Source: an uncultured delta proteobacterium
GTDB taxonomy: Bacteria; Desulfobacterota; Syntrophia; Syntrophales; UBA5619
Reading direction: 5' to 3'
Assembly (NCBI GenBank): GCA_963817385.1
Contig: CAWFOM010000010.1
Span: 160,001-224,000, forward strand
Length of the DNA: 64,000 nt
The notes beneath the pieces were generated by a model, which ran no database searches, had not been told where the DNA came from, and saw only the letters and a list, made by a program, of their open reading frames with translations. This document shows, piece after piece, positions 9,458-19,383 of the stretch; positions within the stretch are counted from its first letter, which is position 1, and each line of letters starts with the position of its first letter. The translations under genes and the position numbers were made by a program.

Positions 9458-11296
9458 ATGAAAGGGATATGCGGAAAACTGCTGGATGTCGATCTGACTT
9501 CCGGAAAGACCCGGGAGATCGGCATTTCCGCCGCAGTGGCTAAGAGATACCTGGGAGGAAGAGGTCTGGGGGCAAGACTCCTGTTTGATTTGCTGCCGCC
9601 GAACACGGACCCGCTTTCTCCGGAAAATATCCTCATCTTTCTGACGGGTCCCCTTACGGGGTCGATGGTCCCCGGCTCGTCCAAGTTTGTCGTGGTGACC
9701 AAGTCACCGCTTACCCACGGATGGTGTGACAGCTATTCCAGCGGGAGGATATCCATCGAGCTGAAAAAGGCAGGCTATGACGGCATCGTGATCCGGGGAA
9801 AATCGAATTCCCCCTGCTATCTGAAGATCGATGACAGGGGTGCTGAGATCCGTGAGGCCGGTTCGATCTGGGGAAAGGATAGTTTCGCAGCGGAAAAAAC
9901 ACTCAAGGAACTTGAGGGAAATGCGTCCGCAGGGGTTTCGTCCATCGGGCCGGCGGGAGAAAACCTTTGCAGTTATGCCTGCATCAACAGTGATTACTAT
10001 CGGCAGGCAGCCAGGGGTGGGGTCGGGGCCGTCATGGGTTCGAAACGGCTCAAGGCAATCGTCGTCAGAGGGGCCGCAAACGTGCAGTTTCACGATCATC
10101 AAAGGATCATTGAGCTGAATCGGGAAAACTACCAGCGTGCCAAGATGAGCCAGGTCTTTCAGGCCAGGTCGAAATACGGGACGCCTCTGACCTTGAATTT
10201 CACCCATACGGGCGGAATCCTTCCCACGAAAAATTTCCAATATGGGACCTGGGAAAAGGCCTTGGGGAAGATCGATTCGGTGGGCGTCTATAAGAGCGTA
10301 AAATCCCATAAATCCTGTCAGTCCTGTTTTGTCCATTGCAGTCTGATCACCGAGGCCGCTGAAGGTAAATATAAGGGAACCACCGTGGAAGGTCCTGAGT
10401 ATGAGACCATCGGGATGTTCGGGTCCAATCTCCTCATCGATTCACTCCCCACCATCATCCAGGCAAACGTCCTGTGCGACAAATTGGGGTTGGACACCAT
10501 ATCCACGGGGAACGTCATTGGCTTTGTCATGGAATGTTTCGAAAAAGGGCTCCTCACCGGCAAGCAAGCGGAGGGCCTGGAACTGAATTTCGGGGATGAC
10601 GAAGCCTGTCTGGCCGCCATCGAACTGATCGCCCATCGGAGAGGATTCGGGGAAATCATGTCCCAGGGGGTCCGGGCGACGGCCCATCAGATCGGAGAGG
10701 GCGCCGATCGATTTGCCATGCAGGTCAAGGGATTGGAATTCCCCGCCTACGATCCGCGGGGCGCCTTCGGTTCAGGCCTTTCCTATGCCGTCTCTCCGCG
10801 GGGGGCCTGTCACCGCAGGGCCTGGCCGCCGGCCAAGGAGATCCTCGGGGGCTATCCTCCCTATACCGCAGAGGGGAAGGGGGCGATGATCAAGGACCTT
10901 TATGCCGAAAACTGTATTTTTCATTCCCTGCTGGTCTGTGATATGCCGGCCAAGTTCATCCCCTTGACCCTCGATGATTATGCAAACTATTTTCGGGCGG
11001 CAACCGGCGAGGCGATTTCGCAGGATGAGTTTCTGGCCATGGCCGGAAGGACGGAGACCCTGATCAGGATGTTCAACAACCGGGAGGGATTTACCCGGGC
11101 GGATGATACCCTTCCCGAGAGAACGCTCCGGGAGCCGTTACCCGATGGACCGGGCAAGGGACAGTGCGTCGGAGAGGAAAATCTCGACCGGATGATCGAT
11201 GATTTTTACTCTTGCCAGGGCTGGGATGCAGCGGGTGTCCCCACGGAAGCCACGCTGCAAAAGTATGAGCTCGTAAATGAAAAGTTTCATGGTTGA
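9458..11296 (+). CDS. Aldehyde:ferredoxin oxidoreductase family (W/Mo-pterin)
   Basis: YLGGRGLG, TKSPLT, SIGPAGE, RGGVGAVMGSK, CxxCxxxC (CQSCFVHC), GPEYET, CDKLGLDTIS, RGACH. Confidence 0.93.
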   Translation: MKGICGKLLDVDLTSGKTREIGISAAVAKRYLGGRGLGARLLFDLLPPNTDPLSPENILIFLTGPLTGSMVPGSSKFVVVTKSPLTHGWCDSYSSGRISIELKKAGYDGIVIRGKSNSPCYLKIDDRGAEIREAGSIWGKDSFAAEKTLKELEGNASAGVSSIGPAGENLCSYACINSDYYRQAARGGVGAVMGSKRLKAIVVRGAANVQFHDHQRIIELNRENYQRAKMSQVFQARSKYGTPLTLNFTHTGGILPTKNFQYGTWEKALGKIDSVGVYKSVKSHKSCQSCFVHCSLITEAAEGKYKGTTVEGPEYETIGMFGSNLLIDSLPTIIQANVLCDKLGLDTISTGNVIGFVMECFEKGLLTGKQAEGLELNFGDDEACLAAIELIAHRRGFGEIMSQGVRATAHQIGEGADRFAMQVKGLEFPAYDPRGAFGSGLSYAVSPRGACHRRAWPPAKEILGGYPPYTAEGKGAMIKDLYAENCIFHSLLVCDMPAKFIPLTLDDYANYFRAATGEAISQDEFLAMAGRTETLIRMFNNREGFTRADDTLPERTLREPLPDGPGKGQCVGEENLDRMIDDFYSCQGWDAAGVPTEATLQKYELVNEKFHG

Positions 11297-11308
11297 GCAG
11301 CGGACCTC

Positions 11309-11581
11309 ATGAAGGTCATTATCAACATAATCGGGGTAGAGATCAAACTCAAGCAGCAGATCTCTCTGGAACCAGCCTCCAGGGCGTTGAAAGACGTTTT
11401 GCGGGACCTCAAGGATCGGGACAAGGGGGAGTTGGGGCGGTTTGTCGGCGATGACCTTGCACCGGTGAATGGTGCCGTTCTCCTGTTGAACGGGAGAAAC
11501 ATTCTGTCGCTCGGACAGTGGGAAACACAAATCCGTGATGGGGATGAGATCACGTTTATGGTCCCCGTCGCGGGTGGGTAA
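11309..11581 (+). CDS. MoaD/ThiS family sulfur carrier
   Basis: LLNGRNI, DGDEITF, C-terminal VAGG; directly after the AOR gene. Confidence 0.9.
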   Translation: MKVIINIIGVEIKLKQQISLEPASRALKDVLRDLKDRDKGELGRFVGDDLAPVNGAVLLLNGRNILSLGQWETQIRDGDEITFMVPVAGG

Positions 11582-11672
11582 CCGTTCGGGGTAATTTCTA
11601 TCTCTTCCGCCGTCTATCAACGGCACAATATCAAATCCCTTTTTTCACAACAGACATTGACAAGGAGAATTC

Positions 11673-12683
11673 ATGAAACACATTGCCATCGACGTTCACA
11701 CACATGTGGAGTTTCCCGATACCCTTTCGATTGTGAAAAAGCAATATTCCGACGAGGAGATCTTCTTCCGATTTATCGTTTCGACGATGGGACCCCGGTC
11801 TGCCGAGATCAACAAAGGGCTCATGCCCGCTCTTCGCGAACCCCTTCGAGACATTCAAAAGAAGATTCGCGATATGGAGGAGAGAAAGCTCGCCTTCTCT
11901 ATTCTCTCCTCCACCCCCTTTGCTTTTTTTTACGAGATCGAAGCGGGGCTGGCCGTCGCATTGGCCCGGTATCAAAACAATCAGCTCGCCGAGATGGTCA
12001 AGAGTTACCCGGCCTCCTTTGCCGCCATGGCGACCCTTCCCCTTCAGGTGCCCGATGCCGCCCTCAACGAGTTGGATCGGGCGATCAACAAGCTGGGCCT
12101 CAGGGGAATAGAGATCGGTTCTCATGTTGGCGGCAGAGAATTAGGGGATAAGGCCTTCTGGCCGATCTATGAGCTCCTGGAAAAGAACGGGCTCCCGCTG
12201 TTCATCCATCCCCATCACGTTGCGGGAATGGACCGCCTCCAGGAATTCTATCTGAGCAATCTCATCGGCAATCCGCTCGACACCACCATCGCCTCCGCCA
12301 ATCTGATTTTCAGCGGCGTCCTGGAGAAGTACCCGAACCTCAAGGTGATCCTGGCCCACGGGGGAGGCCAGCTTCCGTACATCTTCGGAAGACTGGAGCA
12401 TGGCTATCAGGTCCGGCCTGAATGCAGAGACTTTATCAGGAAATCGCCCCGTCAATTCCTGGGGAATTTCTATTTCGATATTCTTACCCACAGCGACGAA
12501 GCGCTCCACTATTTGGTTTCCCTCGTCGGAAGCGATCATGTCCTTCTCGGAACCGATTATCCCTACGACATGGGAGATAATGAGCCCGTGGAAACAGTTC
12601 TGCGTCTGACCCAAATAGCCGAATTCGATCGCCGAAGGATTCTCCGGGACAATGCAGTAGGCCTGTTCAAATTAAACGGGTAA
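11673..12683 (+). CDS. Amidohydrolase_2 family protein (ACMSD/aromatic decarboxylase-like)
   Basis: IDVHTH, FIHP, AHGGG, GTDYPYDM metal-binding motifs. Confidence 0.88.
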   Translation: MKHIAIDVHTHVEFPDTLSIVKKQYSDEEIFFRFIVSTMGPRSAEINKGLMPALREPLRDIQKKIRDMEERKLAFSILSSTPFAFFYEIEAGLAVALARYQNNQLAEMVKSYPASFAAMATLPLQVPDAALNELDRAINKLGLRGIEIGSHVGGRELGDKAFWPIYELLEKNGLPLFIHPHHVAGMDRLQEFYLSNLIGNPLDTTIASANLIFSGVLEKYPNLKVILAHGGGQLPYIFGRLEHGYQVRPECRDFIRKSPRQFLGNFYFDILTHSDEALHYLVSLVGSDHVLLGTDYPYDMGDNEPVETVLRLTQIAEFDRRRILRDNAVGLFKLNG

Positions 12684-12732
12684 GGGTTTCGCCTTGTTAG
12701 CGAAAGCAGGCAATCAGCAGAGAGGAGTAGAT

Positions 12733-14472
12733 ATGAGCCAGAAGAGCGAACTGAGGGATGGGATGAGGATCGATTGGGATGTGCCGATCGCCATGGAAGA
12801 CGGCATCATCCTCCGCGCCGATGTTTATCGGCCCGTCGCAGAGGGTCGATACCCGGTCATCATCTCGTACGGTCCGTACGGCAAGTGGCTTACGTTTCAG
12901 GACGGCTATCCCGACCAGTGGCGGATCATGGCCGATGAGCACCCCGATGTGACGGCGGGCTCCACCAACAAGTACCAGTGCTGGGAAGTCGTCGATCCGG
13001 AGAAATGGGTGCCGGACGGGTATGTGTGCGTGCGGGTGGACTCCCGTGGATGCGGCCGGTCCGAAGGGTATCTCGACATATGGTCCGCCCGGGAGGCAAA
13101 GGATTTTTACCACTGTATTGAATGGGCCGCTCTCCAGCCGTGGAGCACCGGCAGGATCGGTCTCAACGGCATCTCCTATTACGCCATGAACCAGTGGCAG
13201 GTGGCTGCCCTGCAGCCTCCGCATCTGGCAGCTATGTGCGCCTGGGAGGGGGCCGCCGACTTCTATCGCGATCTGGCGTGGCACGGAGGCATCCTGTGCA
13301 CGTTTGCGGCGAATTGGTATGACATGCAGGTCAGGACGGTCCAGCACGGGGTGGGCAAACGGGGGCACCGCAGCCGCATGGTGGCGGATTGGGTTGCGGG
13401 GCCGGAGACGCTGACCCAGGAAGAACTCGGGGCGAACAGGTGTGACTTCGGGGAGGAGATTTTCGCCCATCCTTTCGACAATGTGGATTACTGGCAGTCG
13501 CGAATGCCGGACTGGTCGAAGGTGACCGTGCCGTTTCTCTCCGCTGCCAACTGGGGCGGCCAGGGGCTTCACCCGCGGGGGAATTTTGAGGGATTCGTGC
13601 GCGCGGCATCCAAGGATAAGTGGCTGGAGGTCCATGGCATCGAGCACTGGACGGAGTTCTATACCGATTACGGCGTCAATCTGCAGAAGCGCTTCTTCGG
13701 CCATTTTCTCAAGGGAGAAGATACGGGTTGGCATGAGCAGCCGCGTGTGCAGTTGCAGGTGCGCCACATCGACCGGTTTGTCCAGCGTCGTGAGAACGAA
13801 TGGCCGGTTGCCCGCACCGAGTGGACCAGATTTTACCTCAACCCCATAGACCACAGCCTCAGCCTGAAGCCGGTTGTCCAGGTGGGATCGGTCACCTATG
13901 ACGGTCTCGGCGACGGGACGACCTTCCTGACGCCCCCCCTCGAAAAGGATACCGAGATTACCGGCCCCACGGCGGCGAAGTTGTTCGTGTCGTCGGAGAC
14001 ACAAGACGCGGATCTGTTCCTCGTTCTGCGCGTTTTCGCCCCGGATCTGAAGGAGATCGTCTTTCCCGGGGCGCTCGACCCCCATACCCCGATCGGTCAG
14101 GGCTGGCTCAGGGCATCGCATCGCAAACTCGATCCGGGACTCACCAAGGAATACCGTCCCTATCATACCCATGACGAAAAGCAGCTCTTGACGCCCGGTG
14201 AGGTGTATGAGCTTGATGTGGAGATCTGGCCGACCTGTGTCGTTGTTCCCGCAGGTTGTCGGATTGCCCTTACCGTACGGGGGAGGGACTATGTTTACCC
14301 CGGCGGCGGCGCGAGACTTGCGAGTATGAAAAATGAATTCACGGGGGTGGGGCCGTTTCTCCATGACGATCCACGAGACCGGCCTCCGAAGATCTTTGGG
14401 GGGAATGTAACCCTCCATGCCGGCGGTGGCAAGGACGCATACATCCTGCTGCCCTTCATGCCGCAGGGATAA
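12733..14472 (+). CDS. CocE/NonD family serine hydrolase
   Basis: DGIILRADVYRP, DSRGCGRSEG, WSTGRIGLNGISY nucleophile elbow, C-terminal GWLRASHRKLD; ATG 12733 behind GAGGAG. Confidence 0.92.
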   Translation: MSQKSELRDGMRIDWDVPIAMEDGIILRADVYRPVAEGRYPVIISYGPYGKWLTFQDGYPDQWRIMADEHPDVTAGSTNKYQCWEVVDPEKWVPDGYVCVRVDSRGCGRSEGYLDIWSAREAKDFYHCIEWAALQPWSTGRIGLNGISYYAMNQWQVAALQPPHLAAMCAWEGAADFYRDLAWHGGILCTFAANWYDMQVRTVQHGVGKRGHRSRMVADWVAGPETLTQEELGANRCDFGEEIFAHPFDNVDYWQSRMPDWSKVTVPFLSAANWGGQGLHPRGNFEGFVRAASKDKWLEVHGIEHWTEFYTDYGVNLQKRFFGHFLKGEDTGWHEQPRVQLQVRHIDRFVQRRENEWPVARTEWTRFYLNPIDHSLSLKPVVQVGSVTYDGLGDGTTFLTPPLEKDTEITGPTAAKLFVSSETQDADLFLVLRVFAPDLKEIVFPGALDPHTPIGQGWLRASHRKLDPGLTKEYRPYHTHDEKQLLTPGEVYELDVEIWPTCVVVPAGCRIALTVRGRDYVYPGGGARLASMKNEFTGVGPFLHDDPRDRPPKIFGGNVTLHAGGGKDAYILLPFMPQG

Positions 14473-14489
14473 GCAAAAGCCGGCATTCC

Positions 14490-14885
14490 CTACGTTTGAA
14501 GCGGCCACTCTCCCCGTGCGATGAGGACGTCCCGATAAACATCCAGCGCCTCATTTACCGCCGGCATCCCGGCGTAGGTGCCGATCTGGAAGAAGAGCTC
14601 AGCGAGCTTTTTCGGATCGCAGCCCACATTGAGGGCGGCATTGACGTGAAGCTTCAGCTCGTCATGGGCGCGGATCGCCGCAAGCGCGGCGCAAGCAACC
14701 ATCTGCCGTTCCGGGAGCGACAGGACGCTGCGCGAATAGAGATTCCCCGTGATGAAACGAGAAAAATCGTTGGCCAACTCCCGGTCGAAAGCCTTCCATA
14801 AAAGGTAAGGAGGGTCCATCTTGATCCCTCCGGCAAATAACTTATTTGCCGTTTCCTTGGTCTTTTGGGTGATCTCATCTGCCAT
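14490..14885 (-). CDS. Carboxymuconolactone decarboxylase (CMD/AhpD-like) family protein
   Basis: YSRSVLSLPERQM, ELKLHVNAALNVG, YAGMPA. Confidence 0.88.
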   Translation of the reverse strand: MADEITQKTKETANKLFAGGIKMDPPYLLWKAFDRELANDFSRFITGNLYSRSVLSLPERQMVACAALAAIRAHDELKLHVNAALNVGCDPKKLAELFFQIGTYAGMPAVNEALDVYRDVLIARGEWPLQT

Positions 14886-14897
14886 CGATTTCTCCTC

Positions 14898-16208
14898 TCA
14901 TTTGACCAGAAAGACGCTTCGCTCCCGGTCCTGAAAATAGATATGGTTGTGTTTCCCGCGGTTGGTCCGTTCGAAGAACATCTCGCCGTTTTCCCGGCAT
15001 TCCGGACAGCATCTCCCCGGGAGGATGACGGCAAAGATCCGGTTTCCCGTGTCAGCAGCGGACTCGATCATCACGAGGCCGCCGCAGTCGCTGCAGATGC
15101 GGACCGTTTCCTCCTGCTGTTCGCTGATACCGTCCGTATCGTAATGGATGAATTTCTTCCGCTTGACATAACGGGCGCTGCCAAAGAGCTTTTCCTTCAT
15201 GGCGTCGCGGCCCTTCCAGAGTTTCAGCACGTGGTCGACCTCTTCTTCGATGGCTCGGGTGATCGAAGCGGACTGCCGGAGGGCTGCCGGATCATAATCC
15301 GGTTCCCGGACGTGGCTGTAATCCAGACCGGCCATCGCCAGGATGATCCCGACGTTCACGTAGGGAAGGGCCTTTTCGATGGAGTAGCCTCCCTCGAGTA
15401 CGGCAATATCGGGGGCGAGCCGTTCATTGAGGAGGGCATAGCCTTGTGCGGAGAAACGCATGTTCGTGATCGGATCGCTGTAATGGTTGTCCTGGCCGGC
15501 GGAGTTGATGATGAGATCGGGCTTGAATTCATCCAGAATGGGGAGGATGACCCTCTCGAGGGCCATCAGAAATCCCTCATCAGAGGTTCGGGGAGGGAGC
15601 GGGATGTTGACGGTCGCCCCGAGGGCGTTGGGACCGCCGAATTCGTCGTGGAAACCGGTTCCGGGATAGAGGGTCCGGCCGTCCTGGTGGAGGGAGATAC
15701 ACAGGGTGTCCGGATCATTCCAGTAGATGTCCTGCGTCCCGTCGCCGTGGTGACAGTCTGTGTCTACCACGGCGATCCGCTTCGGGCCGTAGAATTTTCG
15801 AATATATTCGATCATGATCGCTTCAATGTTGACGTTGCAGAAACCGCGGGCGCCGTGGACCACGAGCATCGCATGGTGGCCCGGCGGACGGACAAGGGCG
15901 AACGCATTATCCACCGCCCCGGAGAGGACCTTATCGGCGGCGGTGATTGCACCGCCCGCCGAGATGAGATGCGATTCGGTAACGACGCTGAGCGGATCAG
16001 GGACGCAGATGTGGACGCGGTTGATGTCTTCGGCGGTCGCTAACCCCGGTTTGTATTCGATGATGCCTTCAATATCGAGGAGGCCTTCCTCAAAAACTTG
16101 ATCCTGTGTATAGAGGAGCCGTTCTTCGCGTTCCGGGTGGCTTGGAGAGATAGCCCAGTCGAAGGCGGGGAAGAAGATCAGCCCCGTCCGTTTCTTCGGT
16201 TTCAGCAT
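14898..16208 (-). CDS. Histone deacetylase family amidohydrolase with Cys-rich C-terminal extension
   Basis: HPE, RPPGHHA, GFC, DTDCHHGDGTQ, SAGQD, LEGGY; C-terminal CSDC...CCPEC. Confidence 0.92.
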   Translation of the reverse strand: MLKPKKRTGLIFFPAFDWAISPSHPEREERLLYTQDQVFEEGLLDIEGIIEYKPGLATAEDINRVHICVPDPLSVVTESHLISAGGAITAADKVLSGAVDNAFALVRPPGHHAMLVVHGARGFCNVNIEAIMIEYIRKFYGPKRIAVVDTDCHHGDGTQDIYWNDPDTLCISLHQDGRTLYPGTGFHDEFGGPNALGATVNIPLPPRTSDEGFLMALERVILPILDEFKPDLIINSAGQDNHYSDPITNMRFSAQGYALLNERLAPDIAVLEGGYSIEKALPYVNVGIILAMAGLDYSHVREPDYDPAALRQSASITRAIEEEVDHVLKLWKGRDAMKEKLFGSARYVKRKKFIHYDTDGISEQQEETVRICSDCGGLVMIESAADTGNRIFAVILPGRCCPECRENGEMFFERTNRGKHNHIYFQDRERSVFLVK

Positions 16209-17879
16209 ATGGCATTTCCCCGCTTGAAGCCAACGATGGCGCCAGGTTTGATCTGGACCTTGACGCGGATATTCTTTCCGGTCATAGAGTATTCCCGCAC
16301 CATGTTGAATTCCTGAACTTCCACGACCTCAATCTCCATATCCTCTTCACGGGCGCCCATTTTCCGGGCCTTTTCCCGGAGCTTTTCCTTGCCGATGCGG
16401 ATGGCATCCTCGCTCGTAAAACGGGGCGGTATGGCGGTCTGAACTCCCTCTTCCGCGATGGTCATGATCTTCCGCTCGGTATCGGCGAGGATGGTCATCT
16501 CCGCCGTCGTGCGGGCCAGAGCAGCCCCGATGGCGTTGGCCACCTCCGAATGCGCGGGGATGCGGGGTTCGCAGGAGAGAAGCCGGCCAAGTTCCCCTGC
16601 CATGGGTACTGCCGGGCCGCCCACAACGTAGAGGAAGCGGGGGCAGAGGTGCTTACCCTCCAGCAGTTCATGGATCGTATAGACCGGTTGGTTGTTGATC
16701 TCCTCGACGATACTCCGGACATGGGAGGCGATCTTGCCGCAGGTCTCACGGAAGATTACCCCGGCCGTTTCACCGACCGGTAGTTGCATGGCCTCGGCAA
16801 TGGGGAGTAGGGAAGCCGCCGCCCGGTCGCGATTGCCGATCGCGGTCTAACCCGAGGACGATCATGGCATCCGTCGGTGTCGGGAATGGTCCTCCGAAAG
16901 CGGCGGCAGGACCTTCCCGTTCGGGTCCGATGGTCAATTTTCCTTCCTGAAACCGCACCGTACTGTCGCCCCCGACGCCGATGGATTTGGTCCGCAGTCC
17001 CCGGATCAGTGTTTTGCGGCCTTCAATCGTGACCCCGAAAGCCTCGAGCAGCGGTACGCCGTCTGCGAAGACGGCGATATCCGTTGTTGTGCCTCCGATG
17101 TCGAGGGCGATCGCGTCTTCTCTGCAATCGGTCATGGTCAGAATTCCCATGACACTTGCCGCCGGACCGGAGAGGATCGTCTGGACGGGAAATTCGACCG
17201 ACTGCTCAATGTCGAAGGTGCCGCCGTCTGCCTTCAGGATGTAGATGGGGACGTCGATCCTCCGTTCACGGACAAAACGGAGTACCTCAGCCACGAAATG
17301 ATGGTAGCGCTCCCATACGGCTTCATTGAGATACGTTGTCGCGATGCGGCGGGGAAAGTTGAGATGTCCTGACATGCGATGGCCGAGGGAAATATGGCGG
17401 AATTGATCCGCGACGACTTCCTTAAGGGTCATTTCGGGTTGCGGATTCCGCGTCGAGAATTTTCCGATGATGCCGACATGCTCTATCCCTGCGGTTCGGA
17501 AATGAGCGCCGAGGCGGGTTGCTTCCTCAGTGTCCACACCGGTAACCTGAATCCCCCGGTGGTTCACATAACCGGAAAGAAAATGGGTATTTTCGGGGAC
17601 GCCAAGAAGAGAGGGGTGAAGTCCGGGACCGCTGACGATCATGAGCCCCACCCGGTCTACTTTATTCTGGACGATTGCGTTGGTAGAGATAGTCGTACTG
17701 AGGACAACTCGTTCAAGCTGGGCGACTGTTTCCTCGTCGACGATCTCGTTTGTAACATTGAGGAGGGACGCCAGGAGGTTCTGTTCGTTGGTGCGGACCT
17801 TGGCCTTTTTCTTGATGGTGAAGTGGTCTATGAGAACAGCATCCGTGTGAGTTCCCCCCACATCAATACCCAGGATCAT
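16202..17879 (-). CDS. Hydantoinase A/oxoprolinase family protein, frameshift near 16848
   Basis: GIDVGGTHTD, LSGPAAS, DIGGTTTD, GVGGDS, PTPTDA in ORF 16770..17879; VVGGPA and VANAIGAALA in ORF 16202..16789. Confidence 0.88.
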
Positions 17880-18029
17880 GATCCCACCTCATCGGTTCAA
17901 CGTAAGTTTTATATATTGAGAAAATTGTCTTGACAAGGTAAAAAAAGGGCGTATGGTTCACTGCGGCGTCGGTCGCAGGGTTGTGGCTTGGCGTACAGTT
18001 AAAAAAATATTTGAAAGGAGGACATATTC

Positions 18030-18242
18030 ATGAAGAAGGTATTTGCAATCATTCTTTCGCTGCTTTTCTTTGTTACATTATCATTTGCAGTTGTCGGCTG
18101 CAAGAAGGCAGAAGAGCAAAAGCCGGCTGAGACGGCAGCCCCGGCTCCGGCCCCGGCTCCCGCACCCGCACCTGAGGCTGCGCCCGCTCCGGCGCCCGCG
18201 CCTGCGGCACCGGCTGCACCGGCAGCTCCTGCGACAAAGTAA
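18030..18242 (+). CDS. Small Ala/Pro-rich lipoprotein
   Basis: GAAAGGAGG RBS, hydrophobic signal with lipobox VVGC, (AP)n tail; own TTGACA box at 17930 and terminator. Confidence 0.85.
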   Translation: MKKVFAIILSLLFFVTLSFAVVGCKKAEEQKPAETAAPAPAPAPAPAPEAAPAPAPAPAAPAAPAAPATK

Positions 18243-18266
18243 CTAGCAAAAGCGTGAAGAAGCAAA

Positions 18267-18302
18267 TAAAAACGGTCGGGCAGATGCCCGGCCGTTTTTT
18301 TA
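18267..18302 (+). terminator. Rho-independent terminator
   Basis: AAAAACGGTCGGGC-AGAT-GCCCGGCCGTTTTTTT. Confidence 0.85.
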
Positions 18303-18497
18303 TCTCAAAAAGTCAGCCGTATCGAGGTGAAATTCCTTTTGACGCCGATGGGCGGTCTGATGTATCATTAAAATAAACTATTTCGCCTTCGCGAGCTTAG
18401 GCCGCGGCAAGCCGCAGGGAATGCGTGCTGGCGGGTTCAATATTACGTTTACGTTTATTATCTCAGACAATGCAAGCGAGGAAAGGAGGACTATACG

Positions 18498-18875
18498 ATG
18501 AATAAAAATGGGGATTTTATTGCCGGACTGGTAGTCGGCGGTTTGATCGGCGCAGTGATTGGCATCCTCTATGCGCCAAAAAGCGGCAAGGAAACAAGGG
18601 AGGAGATCGGGAGAAAGGCCGATGAACTTCTGACCAAGGCAAGGGAGGAATACGAGGCTGCTGTAGAAAAGAGCCGGAAAGCCTATGAGGCGACCGTGCA
18701 GCGGCTGAAGACGCTTGAGGAGACGGCGTTGGAGAAGGCGGAAGAAGTGGAAGAAAAGGTCGAAAAGCTGACCGGACGGGGAAAGGAAACGCTGCAAGAG
18801 GGCAAGAATCGCCTGAAAAAGGCGATCGATGCGGGTGTCGAGGCGTTCAAAGAGGAGCAAGGGAAGGCTGTCTGA
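18498..18875 (+). CDS. YtxH domain-containing protein
   Basis: GGLIGAVIGILYAPKSGKETRE followed by a charged helical region; AAGGAGG RBS. Confidence 0.9.
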   Translation: MNKNGDFIAGLVVGGLIGAVIGILYAPKSGKETREEIGRKADELLTKAREEYEAAVEKSRKAYEATVQRLKTLEETALEKAEEVEEKVEKLTGRGKETLQEGKNRLKKAIDAGVEAFKEEQGKAV

Positions 18876-18903
18876 GCGCCATCGGCACGGACGGAGGGGA
18901 GTT

Positions 18904-19316
18904 ATGGAGAAGCTGGACATCATTCTGATCATTTTGGGCGTCGCTTTTTTGCTGTTTGCTAGTCTTTCCATCCCCTTCTTCCTGCAGCTCTGGCGAACGG
19001 CAAAGAACATGGCCACGACTCTCCAGGTGCTCAATCAAAACCTGCCTGCAATCATGAAAAACCTGGAAGAGATCACGACCAATATCAACCGGACAACCAC
19101 CACGGTTCATCGGCAGGTAGAGGATCTCTCGCTGATGGTAAGCAGGATTCAGGGGATGCTCGGTCTTGTCGCCGGTGTGGAAGAGATCCTCCGAAGAAAT
19201 GTCCGTTCGACCTTTCGTCCAGAAGATGCGGACCTCTGCTGGCAGTGGTGAAGGGCATCCGTGTCTTTCTTGACCACCTTTTGAGTAAGCGTCCGGTGAA
19301 AAAGGACTGCAACTGA
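18904..19316 (+). CDS. DUF948-like (YoxC) membrane-anchored protein, frameshift(s) near 19205-19240
   Basis: N-terminal TM helix, LPAIMKNLEEITTNIN coiled coil; a plausible C-terminus LLAVVKGIRVFLDHLL continues in another frame; usual neighbour of YtxH. Confidence 0.65.
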
Positions 19317-19383
19317 CAATAATCCGCATTGATTAATGATGATTTTTTCACGGGTACGGCAAAGAAGGCTGAGGTAAGGCGAG

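Noticed and set aside
12697..14508. 603-aa antisense ORF spanning the CocE gene
   Set aside because: No recognisable motifs; a typical stop-poor shadow frame opposite a GC-rich gene with clear family motifs.
14865..16043. 392-aa plus-strand ORF opposite the HDAC gene
   Set aside because: Antisense shadow; the minus-strand protein carries all HDAC motifs.
18125..18235. Short GC-rich repeats as a possible CRISPR or VNTR
   Set aside because: They are Ala-Pro codons of the lipoprotein; no repeat-spacer structure and no cas genes.
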